Below, piece by piece: positions 20,697 through 29,873 of a DNA stretch of 46,383 bases (the first letter of the stretch is position 1; the number at the start of each line of letters is the position of its first letter). Source of the stretch: a virus (lineage: Duplodnaviria > Heunggongvirae > Uroviricota > Caudoviricetes); IMG/VR virus record IMGVR_UViG_638341086_000015, positions 1 to 46,383 of that record. The stretch is one strand, 5' to 3'. Below the pieces are notes generated by a model, which worked only from the letters and a program-made list of their open reading frames with translations, did not search any database and was not told the DNA's origin. A program made the translations under genes and the position numbers.

Positions 20697-22608
20697 TCAC
20701 TCCTCCGGACAGCTTCGCTGCCAGTTCTTTCAGGGTTGGCCGGGTCGTCTCTTCTTCCCGGGATTTTGCCAGTACAGCCAGATCAAGCTGCCAGCGTTGC
20801 ACGGACACACGTAATGCCGCGTAGGCATACACCAGGCAGTCCAGCGCTTCGTTACGCCGCTTTTTGTTATCCCACAGCAGACGCATCTTTCCTTTTTCCC
20901 ACTTCTCCACCAGCTCTTCCGCCACCAGTTGCTGCGCCTCTGTCTGCGAAAAAATCTCCGGATCATCAGGAAAACGGATGGCATACGACGTGGCTTCATC
21001 CGCAGGCGTGGGATCGGCTTTCATACGGGCATAGAGAATTTCTTTTGCGGTGTCCGTCCCCACTTCACACAGATACACGCCCCGCTGATTGCGGGTTTTC
21101 GGCATGGTGATCACCGGCTTGCCATAGACAGACGCGCCTTTTACCGGCAGCACCCGGAAAACACCGTGTTTTTTTGATCTCTGATAAACAATTTCACCAT
21201 CGATCCCCCCGGTGTCCCAGCAGACACGGGAAATGGTCATTTCGGTGCCATCCGCATGGCGATATTTTTTGTTGATCGCAGCATCCACACGTAACAGCGT
21301 CTCTTCCTCATCGGGACGCCCCATAATGATGATTTTATCCACCAGAAAGGCTTCCTCTCCCGGTGCCCATCCCCAGACATACATCTCAAAACGGTTTCGC
21401 TGCGAGTCAATGCCCGCCGTCAGATAAACCACCCGGGAAGGCACCGCAGCCGTGTAACGCACAACCTTATCCATCAGTACCTGGTGATCGAGTTTTTCGC
21501 CCACGGCCTCTTCCCAGGTCTCGCCCAGCGTGGTGTTCACAAAGGTTTTCAGGCCGTTGGGATCTTTCAGTGCATCCAGCCAGTCATAGACAATCTGTAC
21601 CCAGGTGGTGAACGGACTGTACGCCGTCCAGATATGGAACGTGATGGAGCGCGGCGGCGGAATTTCATCACCCCGGGCGCTGAAAAACGTCAGACCGTCA
21701 CGGGTCCACATGCCCGTGTTTTCACAGATCCACCGCCCGTTGCTCTGGTCAAGCTCAGACTGATGGATCACGCAGCCATGATGTTCACAGAGGTAGAAAA
21801 CACTTTCAGGGCTGTCCTTCTCCCATTTAAGCCCAAAAGGCGTGGACTCATCGCCAAATTTCAGATACTGCGCCTCCCCACAGTGCGGGCAGGGCACATA
21901 AAAACGCATAAAATGCGCCGACTCGTTAGCGGCTTTTTCGATCTGGCAGGTGCCTTTGATTTTAGGCGTCGAGCCGCGAATGGATTTTGGCCACACCGAC
22001 CCCTCAATACGCTTATCCCCCAGCAGGGTTGGCGAGCCCTCTTTTTCGACATCCGGCTCGAACGAGGAAAGTTCGTCATAGCAGACCACGTCCACGGATT
22101 TTTCACGGTAGTTTTTGGCGGCAGCGCCGCCCAGGCACCAGAAACCGACGCCCGATGAAAAGCGTTTCAGCGTGAGAGTATTGTCACGATGTTTACGACC
22201 CAGCCATGGGGAAAGGTCTTTCAGGCATGGCACGTTCCGAATCGTCGCCTCCACGTGAGACTTCATAAAATCTTCAGCGGCAGAATCCGTGGGCTGAAAA
22301 AGCAGACTGTTTCGGGATTTATGCTCAATAAAATACCCGACCACCCCCAGCAACATCTTTGTATAGCCAACACGGGCAGATTTAATCAGGTTAACCGTGC
22401 GAACCTGGTCGTTACCCATACAGTTCATAATGGCGATCTGGAATGGCAGCGTTTTCCATTCGCCCTCACCGTATGAGGATTCTTTAGGCAGATAATAATT
22501 TTGATCAGCCCATTCAACTGCCGTCATTGGTACAACCCTGACCAGAGGCTGCAGCGCAACCGAAACGGCAGCCATCATATTATTCAGTTGTTGCTCTGAT
22601 ATATTCAT
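20680..22608 (-). CDS. A: Terminase large subunit A
   Basis: Colinear with lambda gpA from MNIS...; start placed at that ATG (22608) rather than the upstream track start. Confidence 0.9.
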   Translation of the reverse strand: MNISEQQLNNMMAAVSVALQPLVRVVPMTAVEWADQNYYLPKESSYGEGEWKTLPFQIAIMNCMGNDQVRTVNLIKSARVGYTKMLLGVVGYFIEHKSRNSLLFQPTDSAAEDFMKSHVEATIRNVPCLKDLSPWLGRKHRDNTLTLKRFSSGVGFWCLGGAAAKNYREKSVDVVCYDELSSFEPDVEKEGSPTLLGDKRIEGSVWPKSIRGSTPKIKGTCQIEKAANESAHFMRFYVPCPHCGEAQYLKFGDESTPFGLKWEKDSPESVFYLCEHHGCVIHQSELDQSNGRWICENTGMWTRDGLTFFSARGDEIPPPRSITFHIWTAYSPFTTWVQIVYDWLDALKDPNGLKTFVNTTLGETWEEAVGEKLDHQVLMDKVVRYTAAVPSRVVYLTAGIDSQRNRFEMYVWGWAPGEEAFLVDKIIIMGRPDEEETLLRVDAAINKKYRHADGTEMTISRVCWDTGGIDGEIVYQRSKKHGVFRVLPVKGASVYGKPVITMPKTRNQRGVYLCEVGTDTAKEILYARMKADPTPADEATSYAIRFPDDPEIFSQTEAQQLVAEELVEKWEKGKMRLLWDNKKRRNEALDCLVYAYAALRVSVQRWQLDLAVLAKSREEETTRPTLKELAAKLSGGVNGYSR

Positions 22609-23089
22609 CGAGTAAATCCGGTAATTTATCCCCTGCCCGCGCACACTGATTTGCCCCCTTAGCAATAAGGGTTTTCAGATGGTCAAGATGGCGCGGTGTT
22701 AAATCAGGAAACTGTCGCTGCATGGATAAAGGGATGGAATCAAGCGTACTGGATAACGCCATTGCCAGCTTACTGAGGGCAAAAATACAGAACCCGGTGT
22801 CAATAAGTTTTCCTTTTGACACCTCATTTTTTAACTGCTGTGTAACAGCCTGTTCTGCTGTCAGTTCCCATCTGGCAATAAGCAATTTCTCCTCATAGTC
22901 GTCTTCGCTATCGCCATCAGGCACATCGTTTTTACTTCTCCTCAGATACGATATGTAAAAATCGCGCCAGGCATCCAGATCCAGTTGCCCTCGCTTATTC
23001 GATATCGGGGCACCCGGCAATTTCTGCAATCTGCGAAGCTGGCGATCGGTCAGACTTAAATGCCTGGCAACTTCAGTCTGCGTAGCCAC
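22580..23089 (-). CDS. nu1: Terminase small subunit Nu1
   Basis: 169 aa; N-terminal HTH and C-terminal region resembling lambda Nu1; GTG start after GAGGTGAGGA; overlaps the A start as in lambda. Confidence 0.8.
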   Translation of the reverse strand: MATQTEVARHLSLTDRQLRRLQKLPGAPISNKRGQLDLDAWRDFYISYLRRSKNDVPDGDSEDDYEEKLLIARWELTAEQAVTQQLKNEVSKGKLIDTGFCIFALSKLAMALSSTLDSIPLSMQRQFPDLTPRHLDHLKTLIAKGANQCARAGDKLPDLLDEYIRATTE

Positions 23090-23272
23090 TCCTCACCTCG
23101 CAAAAACTCTCACCTCACAATCACAACAAAACCGGTCATGTCCGGTTTACATGTCTGTTTTTTGTTCATGTCCGGTTCACAGAAGACCTGTTTTTATATT
23201 TTTCATATAGTTAACTTGAAGAGAAACCGGACATGGATCCCGGAAAATTTTCATAAATAGCGAAAACCCGCG

Positions 23273-23284
23273 AGGTCGCCGCCC
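23273..23284. other. cos: cosN cohesive-end site (12-nt GGGCGGCGACCT on the - strand)
   Basis: Reverse complement of 23230-23300 reads ...GGTTACGGGGCGGCGACCTCGCGGGTTTTCGCTATTTATGAAAATTTTCCGG, matching the lambda cos region from memory; lies just upstream of Nu1. Confidence 0.8.
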
Positions 23285-23491
23285 CGTAACCTGTCGGATC
23301 GCCGGAAAGGACCCACGAAAATGATAATAATTATCATCTACATGAGGTTTATCACGACATGTGTGTACGCCATCAAACCACGAGAAATAATCAATTATTA
23401 CGCAGGTATCGTATTAATTGATCTGCATCAAATTAGCGTAAAAGCAACTTCAGATAATACAAATCAGCAACACTGAATACGGGGCAACATT

Positions 23492-23716
23492 ATGTCATCA
23501 AAGAACAGAACCCGCAGAACAACAACCCGCAACATCCGATTTCCAAACCAGATAATTGAACAAATTAACATCGCTCTTGACCTGAAAGGTTCAGGTAATT
23601 TTTCAGCGTGGGTTATTGAAGCCTGCAGAAGAAGATTAATTAATGAAAAACATGCTCAATTTGTACCCAACAAAGACAAACACGACCAGAGCACCTGTTC
23701 AGACAGGTTTACTTAA
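23492..23716 (+). CDS. Small basic protein, possible ribbon-helix-helix DNA-binding protein
   Basis: 74 aa; basic N-terminus then RNIRFPNQIIEQINIAL, resembling an RHH beta-strand/helix start; family not confirmed. Confidence 0.4.
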   Translation: MSSKNRTRRTTTRNIRFPNQIIEQINIALDLKGSGNFSAWVIEACRRRLINEKHAQFVPNKDKHDQSTCSDRFT

Positions 23717-23797
23717 ACGACTTATATATGACACAAAAAGCGACCACTAAAGTCGCTTTTTCTTATGGTAACAGGCAATAACTCTCTCAGATATTTT

Positions 23798-24112
23798 TTA
23801 GCATTTTTTTGACCGCGCGTTTCCGGACGTATTCTGTTCTCCTGTCCCTTTATATCGTCGGAATACCCGCCGCTCTTCAAATCCCATTCCCAACTCAGAA
23901 TGTAGTCTGTTGACCGCTTGTTTTATTTCGGTCAGGTTCACCGGTGAAACCGGAGTCCGGCGCGCCTTACGCAAACACTCTGCTCGTTTCTGTGCCGCCA
24001 CTTTTCTTTTCTGGTCATCACTTAGCTGTACCATCACTTTTGCCCATCGTTCAGCTGCTCTCCGGTACAGTCCTTTTTTCTCCAGACATTCTGCCACGTG
24101 ATCATGTAGCAT
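23798..24112 (-). CDS. pchC: PerC-like transcriptional activator (Pch family)
   Basis: 104 aa, MLHDHVAECLEKKGLYRRAAERWA...; recalled as PerC-homologue Pch sequence; GGAGG ribosome-binding site. Paralogue assignment (pchA/B/C) is by linkage to tccP only. Confidence 0.75.
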   Translation of the reverse strand: MLHDHVAECLEKKGLYRRAAERWAKVMVQLSDDQKRKVAAQKRAECLRKARRTPVSPVNLTEIKQAVNRLHSELGMGFEERRVFRRYKGTGEQNTSGNARSKKC

Positions 24113-24577
24113 AAGTGACCTCCGATTATCTACAGACTGCCATCCTGAATTTACCTTCCCTTAATGAAATAACAATAAAAAACAAACCACGCAAAAACAA
24201 TAAAACAACACACAAAAAAAACTAAATAATAAACAAAAATAATCACCTTATTTTATTATTTTTTGAGGGAGCAATTACTGAACAAAAAACGCTGACTATA
24301 TACTCAAAACCAAACAACTATTCTGCCAATCAGGTATCATGGCAACACACGGAATTACCGTGTTTTTGCCTTCTCTGCCCATACAATACGGGCATATACT
24401 TCATTCTCTATTGTAATATTTCTATCCATGTGCCCCACTCCATTTACCTGTAAATAATATTCAAAATATTTATCACAGAAATCGTTTTTGGCCATGAACT
24501 GAGCACACTATAAAGTCCGGAACTGACTCTTTGTTAAATTACCTTAACGTTACCAGTAACACCTTCATAACAAAACA

Positions 24578-25045
24578 TCACGGTATACACTGGGTACGGA
24601 TATATTCCTGTGCTCCTTCCAGTTGCTTCTGCATTGCCATCAGCCGTTCTCTGAGGATGAAATAATCCCGTTCAGCGGTGTCTGCCAGTCGGGGGCCGGT
24701 TGCATTATCCACGCCGGAGGTGCCGGTGGCTTCACGCACGGTACCGGAGCAGGTGGCGTTGATCCGCAGGCGCTTACGACCAGCGGCAACATCAGCACGC
24801 AGAGTTTCATTTTCAGCTCTCGCATCGGCTAATTCCCTCGAGTATCTGGCATCAAGTGCAGCGACATCACGCTGGCGTATCTGCATATCAGTAATTGTCG
24901 CGTTCGCCAGCTCCAGCTCACTGGCTTTTTTATCGCGCTGCTCTTTGTAGATGATGGCGTGATCACGGTAATGATTCAGCCCCAGACTAAGCGCACCACA
25001 GGCCACCAGCAGGACAATGATAACCACGCACAGAACACGGTTCAT
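24578..25045 (-). CDS. Rz: Spanin inner-membrane subunit Rz (i-spanin)
   Basis: Aligns with lambda Rz from MNRV... (NHYRD..AI.YK.QRDK, VDNA..PRLADTAERDYF..RERL). Start placed at ATG 25045. Confidence 0.85.
   Translation of the reverse strand: MNRVLCVVIIVLLVACGALSLGLNHYRDHAIIYKEQRDKKASELELANATITDMQIRQRDVAALDARYSRELADARAENETLRADVAAGRKRLRINATCSGTVREATGTSGVDNATGPRLADTAERDYFILRERLMAMQKQLEGAQEYIRTQCIP
24640..24825 (-). CDS. Rz1: Spanin outer-membrane lipoprotein Rz1 (o-spanin), embedded in Rz in the +1 frame
   Basis: 61-aa ORF inside Rz: MRELKMKLCVLMLPLVVSAC with lipobox and proline-rich body (CVKPPAPPAWIMQPAPDWQTPLNGIIS), like lambda Rz1. Confidence 0.8.
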   Translation of the reverse strand: MRELKMKLCVLMLPLVVSACGSTPPAPVPCVKPPAPPAWIMQPAPDWQTPLNGIISSSENG

Positions 25046-25046
25046 A

Positions 25047-25160
25047 TCACCACCAACGGATTGCCCAGACCAGAACAGCAATGGCCACAATACGAATGGC
25101 AAAAGCTGCCGCTCTTGTTAAATCCAGACTGGCTGGCGTCTCCACTTCAATGCCTTTCAT
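25047..25160 (-). CDS. Candidate 37-aa membrane peptide in the gap between R and Rz
   Basis: Not in the ORF track (under 60 aa). Read by eye: ATG about 25160, GAGG about 10 nt upstream, product MKGIEVETPASLDLTRAAAFAIRIVAIAVLVWAIRWW, stop TGA one base before the Rz ATG. Confidence 0.3.
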   Translation of the reverse strand: MKGIEVETPASLDLTRAAAFAIRIVAIAVLVWAIRWW

Positions 25161-25380
25161 AATGGACAACCTCAGAAAGAATCTTTTATACTTCCTCACA
25201 GGGAAAGTACCTCCCTACCCATAATTTCTCCCTTGCCTTACTCAAGGTCAGAAAACACAAAACCCCGCTTGCTGCCAACAAACGGGGTTTTTACTTTTAT
25301 TCACTTAGGTTTTACCAGTTTTCAGGATTTCGTGTTATCCACCCGCGTTGGCCAACGTCATTTTTCAGGAAAATATTCTG

Positions 25381-25914
25381 CTATCTGTCGATGTCCCAGC
25401 ACGCCAGCGCGCTCTCCTGGTCACGCCGTGAGACCTGACCGTAGCAATTATTTGAACGGATACGGCAGTCTCTGCCACCGTCCTTAATCCACCAGCGAAT
25501 CGCCTCACAGGCACCTTTTCGATCGCCTGCATTAATTCGTTTATAAAACGTCGACGGGAAGCACTTACCGGGGCCAATGTTGTACGGACAGAATGACGCG
25601 ATCCCCGCTTTCTGGGGTTCGGTCAGCGGCACCCGGATGTTTTTCTCCACCCATGCCAGCGCCTTGTCACGTTCGATGGCATTAACCCGGTCGCATTTTT
25701 CCTTTGACAGCTTCATGCCAGGAATAACAGGCTTACCATCCACCAGAATGGCACCACGGCAGATGGTCCAGATCCCCGCACCATCACGGTATGCCGTGGT
25801 GTGGTTACCTTCCTTTTCATCCAGAAACTGGTCGAGGATTTCAGGCGCAGAAGCACCTGCACCAATCAGCGCCAGAACGGCAGCCGACAGGCCGTATTTT
25901 ATTTTTTCGTTCAT
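25381..25914 (-). CDS. R: SAR endolysin R (T4-lysozyme-like, glycoside hydrolase family 24)
   Basis: 177 aa; weakly hydrophobic Gly/Ala-rich signal-anchor-release segment (YGLSAAVLALIGAGASA) followed by the E-x8-D-x5-T catalytic triad. Confidence 0.85.
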   Translation of the reverse strand: MNEKIKYGLSAAVLALIGAGASAPEILDQFLDEKEGNHTTAYRDGAGIWTICRGAILVDGKPVIPGMKLSKEKCDRVNAIERDKALAWVEKNIRVPLTEPQKAGIASFCPYNIGPGKCFPSTFYKRINAGDRKGACEAIRWWIKDGGRDCRIRSNNCYGQVSRRDQESALACWDIDR

Positions 25915-26031
25915 GGGGATTTATCGATTTCTAATCCCTTGATATGTTAGGTATATAATCAAACACTCATGGTCGCTCTCATAAACATATCCCTTGAGAC
26001 GCAGCAGATTACAACAAATGAAGCCATATAA

Positions 26032-26346
26032 ATGAACAGTAAAGAAAGTTTGCGCAGAAGATTTTTACAACTAATGACAGAAAACGTTAAATCAGAGTTA
26101 CTTCTTCTGATGGCAGATAATAACGAAGCAACAAGCAGCATTCTTGCAGACCCTTACGGTAAGATCTCACATAAAACGCTGGATATTATTACCACAACAT
26201 TAACACCGCTGATGCTTCAACGGCTGAAACATAATATCAACGCATGGGTTAATGAAGAATTAAGTCCTCCCTGTTTATGGGATTCTCGTTACGCATGTCA
26301 GCAAAAAATGCGAATTTTCAACTTACTATCACCAAAGCTCAGGTAG
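26032..26346 (+). CDS. Hypothetical 104-aa ORF in an AT-rich insert between holin and endolysin genes
   Basis: Only long ORF in the 690-bp gap 25915-26601; no obvious ribosome-binding site; opposite strand to the lysis genes. Confidence 0.3.
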   Translation: MNSKESLRRRFLQLMTENVKSELLLLMADNNEATSSILADPYGKISHKTLDIITTTLTPLMLQRLKHNINAWVNEELSPPCLWDSRYACQQKMRIFNLLSPKLR

Positions 26347-26601
26347 CCATAAAATCCTGCCCTTCATGGCATACAGGATTTCAATGGAATCACAATGACC
26401 AACTCTTGCACAGCTGTATCCCTGACTCCCCGACAACTCAGATTTTCAGTATCTGCTGCTATCTAAAGAGAAAGCGCACAAATGCAAGGGTCTTTCATCA
26501 CATCCTGTTATTGATTGCCTGTGACCTTTTCTTACCTCATGGAACGTTTTTTCAGTTAGAAATATTCATTTTACAACCAGTTCGTATTGTTTATTCATCG
26601 A

Positions 26602-26808
26602 CTACTCTCCCCGCGCCACCTTACGACGGTCCTCTCTGATTTTGAAATACAGGTTAGTCAGATACGTCAGCAGGCCAAACAGCAGACTTCCCAGCACACC
26701 TATTGCCACCCACTGGGACGGAGAGACTTTGTCCAGCAGCTGCAGTAACCAGTATCCCGTCCCCACCGCTGACGTGGTGTATGACACACCTGTTGTGATT
26801 TTTTCCAT
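26602..26808 (-). CDS. S: Holin S (phage 21 S21 pinholin-like)
   Basis: 68 aa: [62 protein letters not shown], two predicted transmembrane segments and basic C-terminus, matching recalled S21. Confidence 0.85.
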   Translation of the reverse strand: MEKITTGVSYTTSAVGTGYWLLQLLDKVSPSQWVAIGVLGSLLFGLLTYLTNLYFKIREDRRKVARGE

Positions 26809-27064
26809 CTGATGTATGTCTCCGTCACCGCCGACAGAAAATGAAAGTAAAGAAAAACAAAAAAGCCGCCAGTGTCACCCACTGACGGCCAACTCCGGGA
26901 GCCGTGATTATGGCATTCAGGCTCTGCTAAAAATGCCAGATAACATTCCGGCCCCCCCCTGATTCAGGTTATAAATGACACAATATCTTGACAACACCCG
27001 TCACTGTCTGTCAGAAAATATACCGCCAGGCATAAGTATCATGTGAAATCCAACTATCCTTCTG

Positions 27065-27106
27065 AGCCAGCACCTCTCCACCGAAAGTCAGTGCTGGCTG
27101 TTTTTT
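27065..27106 (+). terminator. Rho-independent terminator-like hairpin on the + strand, antisense to the late operon
   Basis: GCCAGCAC ... GTGCTGGC followed by TGTTTTTTT. Confidence 0.45.
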
Positions 27107-27214
27107 TCCTTAATAAAGCATCTGTAACTGAAACAATCCGCATATTGATAATATATTGACAGGCATCATTGCTGTCTGTGAAAAATAAGTCTCTACAAAC
27201 ATATAAGGCCTTTT

Positions 27215-27258
27215 AGCCAGCGTCTTCTTTCAGGTCAGTCGCTGGCTCTTTTTTTATT
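27215..27258 (+). terminator. Second + strand rho-independent terminator-like hairpin
   Basis: AGCCAGCG ... CGCTGGCT followed by CTTTTTTTATT; overlaps the 3' end of the esterase gene. Confidence 0.45.
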
Positions 27259-29106
27259 ATGCTGCCGGTGCATTTATCTCCAGCACCAGACTTTCTATCT
27301 CAACGCCATACGCTGCATTTTTTGTAACATCCGTCAGCGTCAGCNCATTCAGTCCCAGTGTCAGACTGTCTTTTATNACCTGGAATGCCGGGCCAGCCAC
27401 TCCATTCAGTTTCGGAGTAACCGTGGCACTGCCGGCGGTGAACACCAGCTCCAGCGTCTGCCAGTCGTTACCGTAATCGCCGAACTCCCCCAGCTTCGTG
27501 TTTCCGGCTTTCCTGTGATGCATCAGATTCACTCTGCCGTCAGTGGTCTGAGTGAAGTACGACATCAGGAACGGATTACCGGTACCCGTCATCGCCACAC
27601 CATCAGGAACGGGAGCATCCGTATACAGATAAATCCCCAGCCCGAACTGATTGTTGGTCAGTGCGCCTGACAGGCGGAACTTACAGGTCAGTCTGCCGCC
27701 CTGTGTCAGCAGGGTAATTGCGTCATCCACCGGATGCGTCAGGGACCAGGTTTTATTGCTCTGCTTGGTGATCTTAAATACACCATCTGACAACTGAATT
27801 CCGCCATCCTTAATGCTCCAGCCCTGCGCAGCAGCCTCTCCGGCTGCCGGCAGCAGGGAGATTGTGCGAACGGACGTATCTGCAGACGGACCCGATGGCG
27901 TGTTGCCGCCGGGCGAGGGTTTGATTTCCGGTGCCTTACCACTGATGAAGGCGGAGGTGCGCCCGGCTGCGTTCAGAATAGCGGTTGCCAGACGATCCGG
28001 AATAATGCTCCTGCGCGCCCATGAACTGAAATGTGTCGGGCGGTTTGATGATACCTGGTTTCCATTCGTTCTCGATGCCGCACCGTAATATCCTGATGCC
28101 GGAATATCCGGATCTTCTGCCGGCGCGTTAGTGGCGGTATGACGCCGTTACCGTCTGTCATGAAGGGCACAAAATAAACGCCCTCACTCTCCCTGTTTTT
28201 ATACCCGCCGTACACGGTGTCGTACTGGGTAGCGTATGTATTTTTCCAGTAATACGTCGTGTCACCACAAATCCACGGCACATCTGCAGCACTGCCACCA
28301 TGGCACTGCGCGTTAAACACGGAGAGGTCAGCACGAAACTGTGTCAGCATGGCTGTAAACAGCGCAGGTTGCTGTGCGTGGGTGGCGGCGCTCATGTCAA
28401 ACTCTCCCTGCATCCAGCACACCGCCAGCAACACATTTTTCGGGTTCTTCTGTAATGCAGCTTTAGTGCGCGCAATCAGGTCCTGATATAACGGTTTACC
28501 CACACCCCAGCGTGCCGAATCCTGGCTGGCCCCCGTGTCCGCACTGAATGTCCCCTCAGCGCCCTGGGTGAATGCAGAACCACCACGACAGCATGGTACC
28601 AGCAGGATCCCCGCGTTATTCGGGATATACGGAAGCAGTTTTTTGGCAATATGTAAGCCCTGGCCGACACAGCCGTACTGCCCTTTGCTCAGGTCTGCCT
28701 TCGGATGATTCAGCGTACTCATATCCTGCACATCATGCAGGCAGTGGTCAGCCGGAATGATGTCGTTATACGTACAACTCTCTCCACCCGGAGTTACCGT
28801 GCTGCGGCGCGCCAGCTGTTTAATGCGCGGATCCGGAGCATCGTAAGAATCCGGTAACGGAAGCCCTTCACCGTAGGCCATGCCGTTGGACTGTCCGGCA
28901 AGCACAACCACGTAGAACCAGTCCGGCTCAGATGAAGGGCCGACCTGTGGCTCTCCTTCAATAGCCACCGCCTGCATCAGTGTGTACGGCGTAATGGCAA
29001 CCGGTCCGCCGTATGGCTGCCAGCCCTCTTTCAGTTTGTGTGTCAGCTTTTCCGCAAGGTCTGACGGCGACGCCGCCCTGACAACATCATAGTGTTTAAA
29101 TGCCAT
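27257..29106 (-). pseudogene. nanS-p: nanS-p-like sialate O-acetylesterase gene (DUF1737 N-terminus, SGNH/SASA esterase domain, C-terminal lectin-like domain), apparently frameshifted
   Basis: Three overlapping frames cover one ~616-codon span: ORF 27973-29106 (GQSN motif) runs into an Arg-rich out-of-frame tail after ...FMTDGNGV; a second frame continues from about 28130 through ORF 27257-27793 to the stop. Two n bases (about 27345, 27377) lie in the 3' part. Confidence 0.65.
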
Positions 29107-29551
29107 GAATCCTCCCGGCCGGGATAATATTGTGAGTAAAATGAGGAGCGGGCTGAAGTCCGGAAGTTACAGGACAATGGCAGAAGAGAGACAACAGCCC
29201 GCAATACGAAAAAGGCCGCGCTATTGCGCAGAGTGATTACTGTCGGATATTATTCGCCAGCTGAAATATTACTTCACGTTTTGTTGTTTATTCCTTGCCG
29301 CCCGCGTCTCCCTGCGCGGGCTTTTTTTGTCCATAAGAAAGCCCCTCCGGAGAGGGGCTGGAGAGTGGCGCTATGTGCCATTGCATGGTGCCGGGTGCCT
29401 CCCGGTGAATTCAGTACCAGCACCTGAATCCGCGATTATCCCATATACCTACTCGCTGATTGCCCCTCCGCACAGGGGGATTCACCATGCCAGTTTCTTT
29501 TAACAAACTCCCCGCAAACCAGACAACAGTCAACCGCCTGAATTGTGAGAC

Positions 29552-29585
29552 ATTTAAAAAAAAGGCCCGCAAAAGCGAGCCAGGG
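29552..29585 (-). terminator. Rho-independent terminator downstream of the tRNA cluster
   Basis: - strand GGCUCGC-UUUU-GCGGGCC hairpin followed by UUUUUUUU. Confidence 0.55.
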
Positions 29586-29595
29586 AAAATAAGTG

Positions 29596-29672
29596 TGGCG
29601 CGTTGTACTGGATTCGAACCAGTGACCGATTGCTTAGAAGGCAATTGCTCTGTCCGGCTGAGCTAACAACGC
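29596..29672 (-). tRNA. argO: tRNA-Arg (anticodon UCU)
   Basis: Manual cloverleaf on reverse complement: 7-bp acceptor stem GCGTTGT/ACAACGC, D-arm GCTC..GAGC, anticodon loop CTTCTAA, T-arm ACTGG-TTCGAAT-CCAGT, 3' CCA. Confidence 0.85.
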
Positions 29673-29685
29673 AGGATACAGATAA

Positions 29686-29762
29686 TGGACCGCCTTCGGG
29701 GACCCGAACTCCGCGCAACCAGCTTCGAAAGCTGGCGCTCTTTCCTGATGAGCTAATGGCGG
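29686..29762 (-). tRNA. argN: tRNA-Arg (anticodon UCG)
   Basis: Manual fold: anticodon stem CCAGC/GCTGG with loop TTTCGAA, 3' CCA; one mismatch each in acceptor and T stems. Confidence 0.65.
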
Positions 29763-29769
29763 TATGTGA

Positions 29770-29845
29770 TGGTGGCCCTTGCTGGATTTGAACCAGCGAC
29801 CTGGCGATTATGAGTCGCTCGCTCTCACCACTGAGCTAAAGGGCC
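29770..29845 (-). tRNA. ileZ: tRNA with CAU anticodon (Ile2/Met type, ileZ-like)
   Basis: Manual fold: acceptor GGCCCTT/AAGGGCC, D-arm GCTC-AGTGGTGA-GAGC, anticodon loop CTCATAA, T-arm GCTGG-TTCAAAT-CCAGC, 3' CCA. Confidence 0.8.
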
Positions 29846-29873
29846 GGGTCAAAAAATAATAATCAGATGAAAA

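Noticed and set aside
21484-22158. 224-aa + strand ORF opposite terminase A
   Set aside because: Antisense to a gene colinear with lambda gpA; no independent support.
23060-23260. 66-aa + strand ORF across the cos region
   Set aside because: Lies over cosB/cosN and the Nu1 start on the opposite strand; no ribosome-binding site.
26277-26639. 120-aa + strand ORF overlapping the holin gene 3' end
   Set aside because: Overlaps the S coding sequence on the opposite strand and has no start context; likely spurious.
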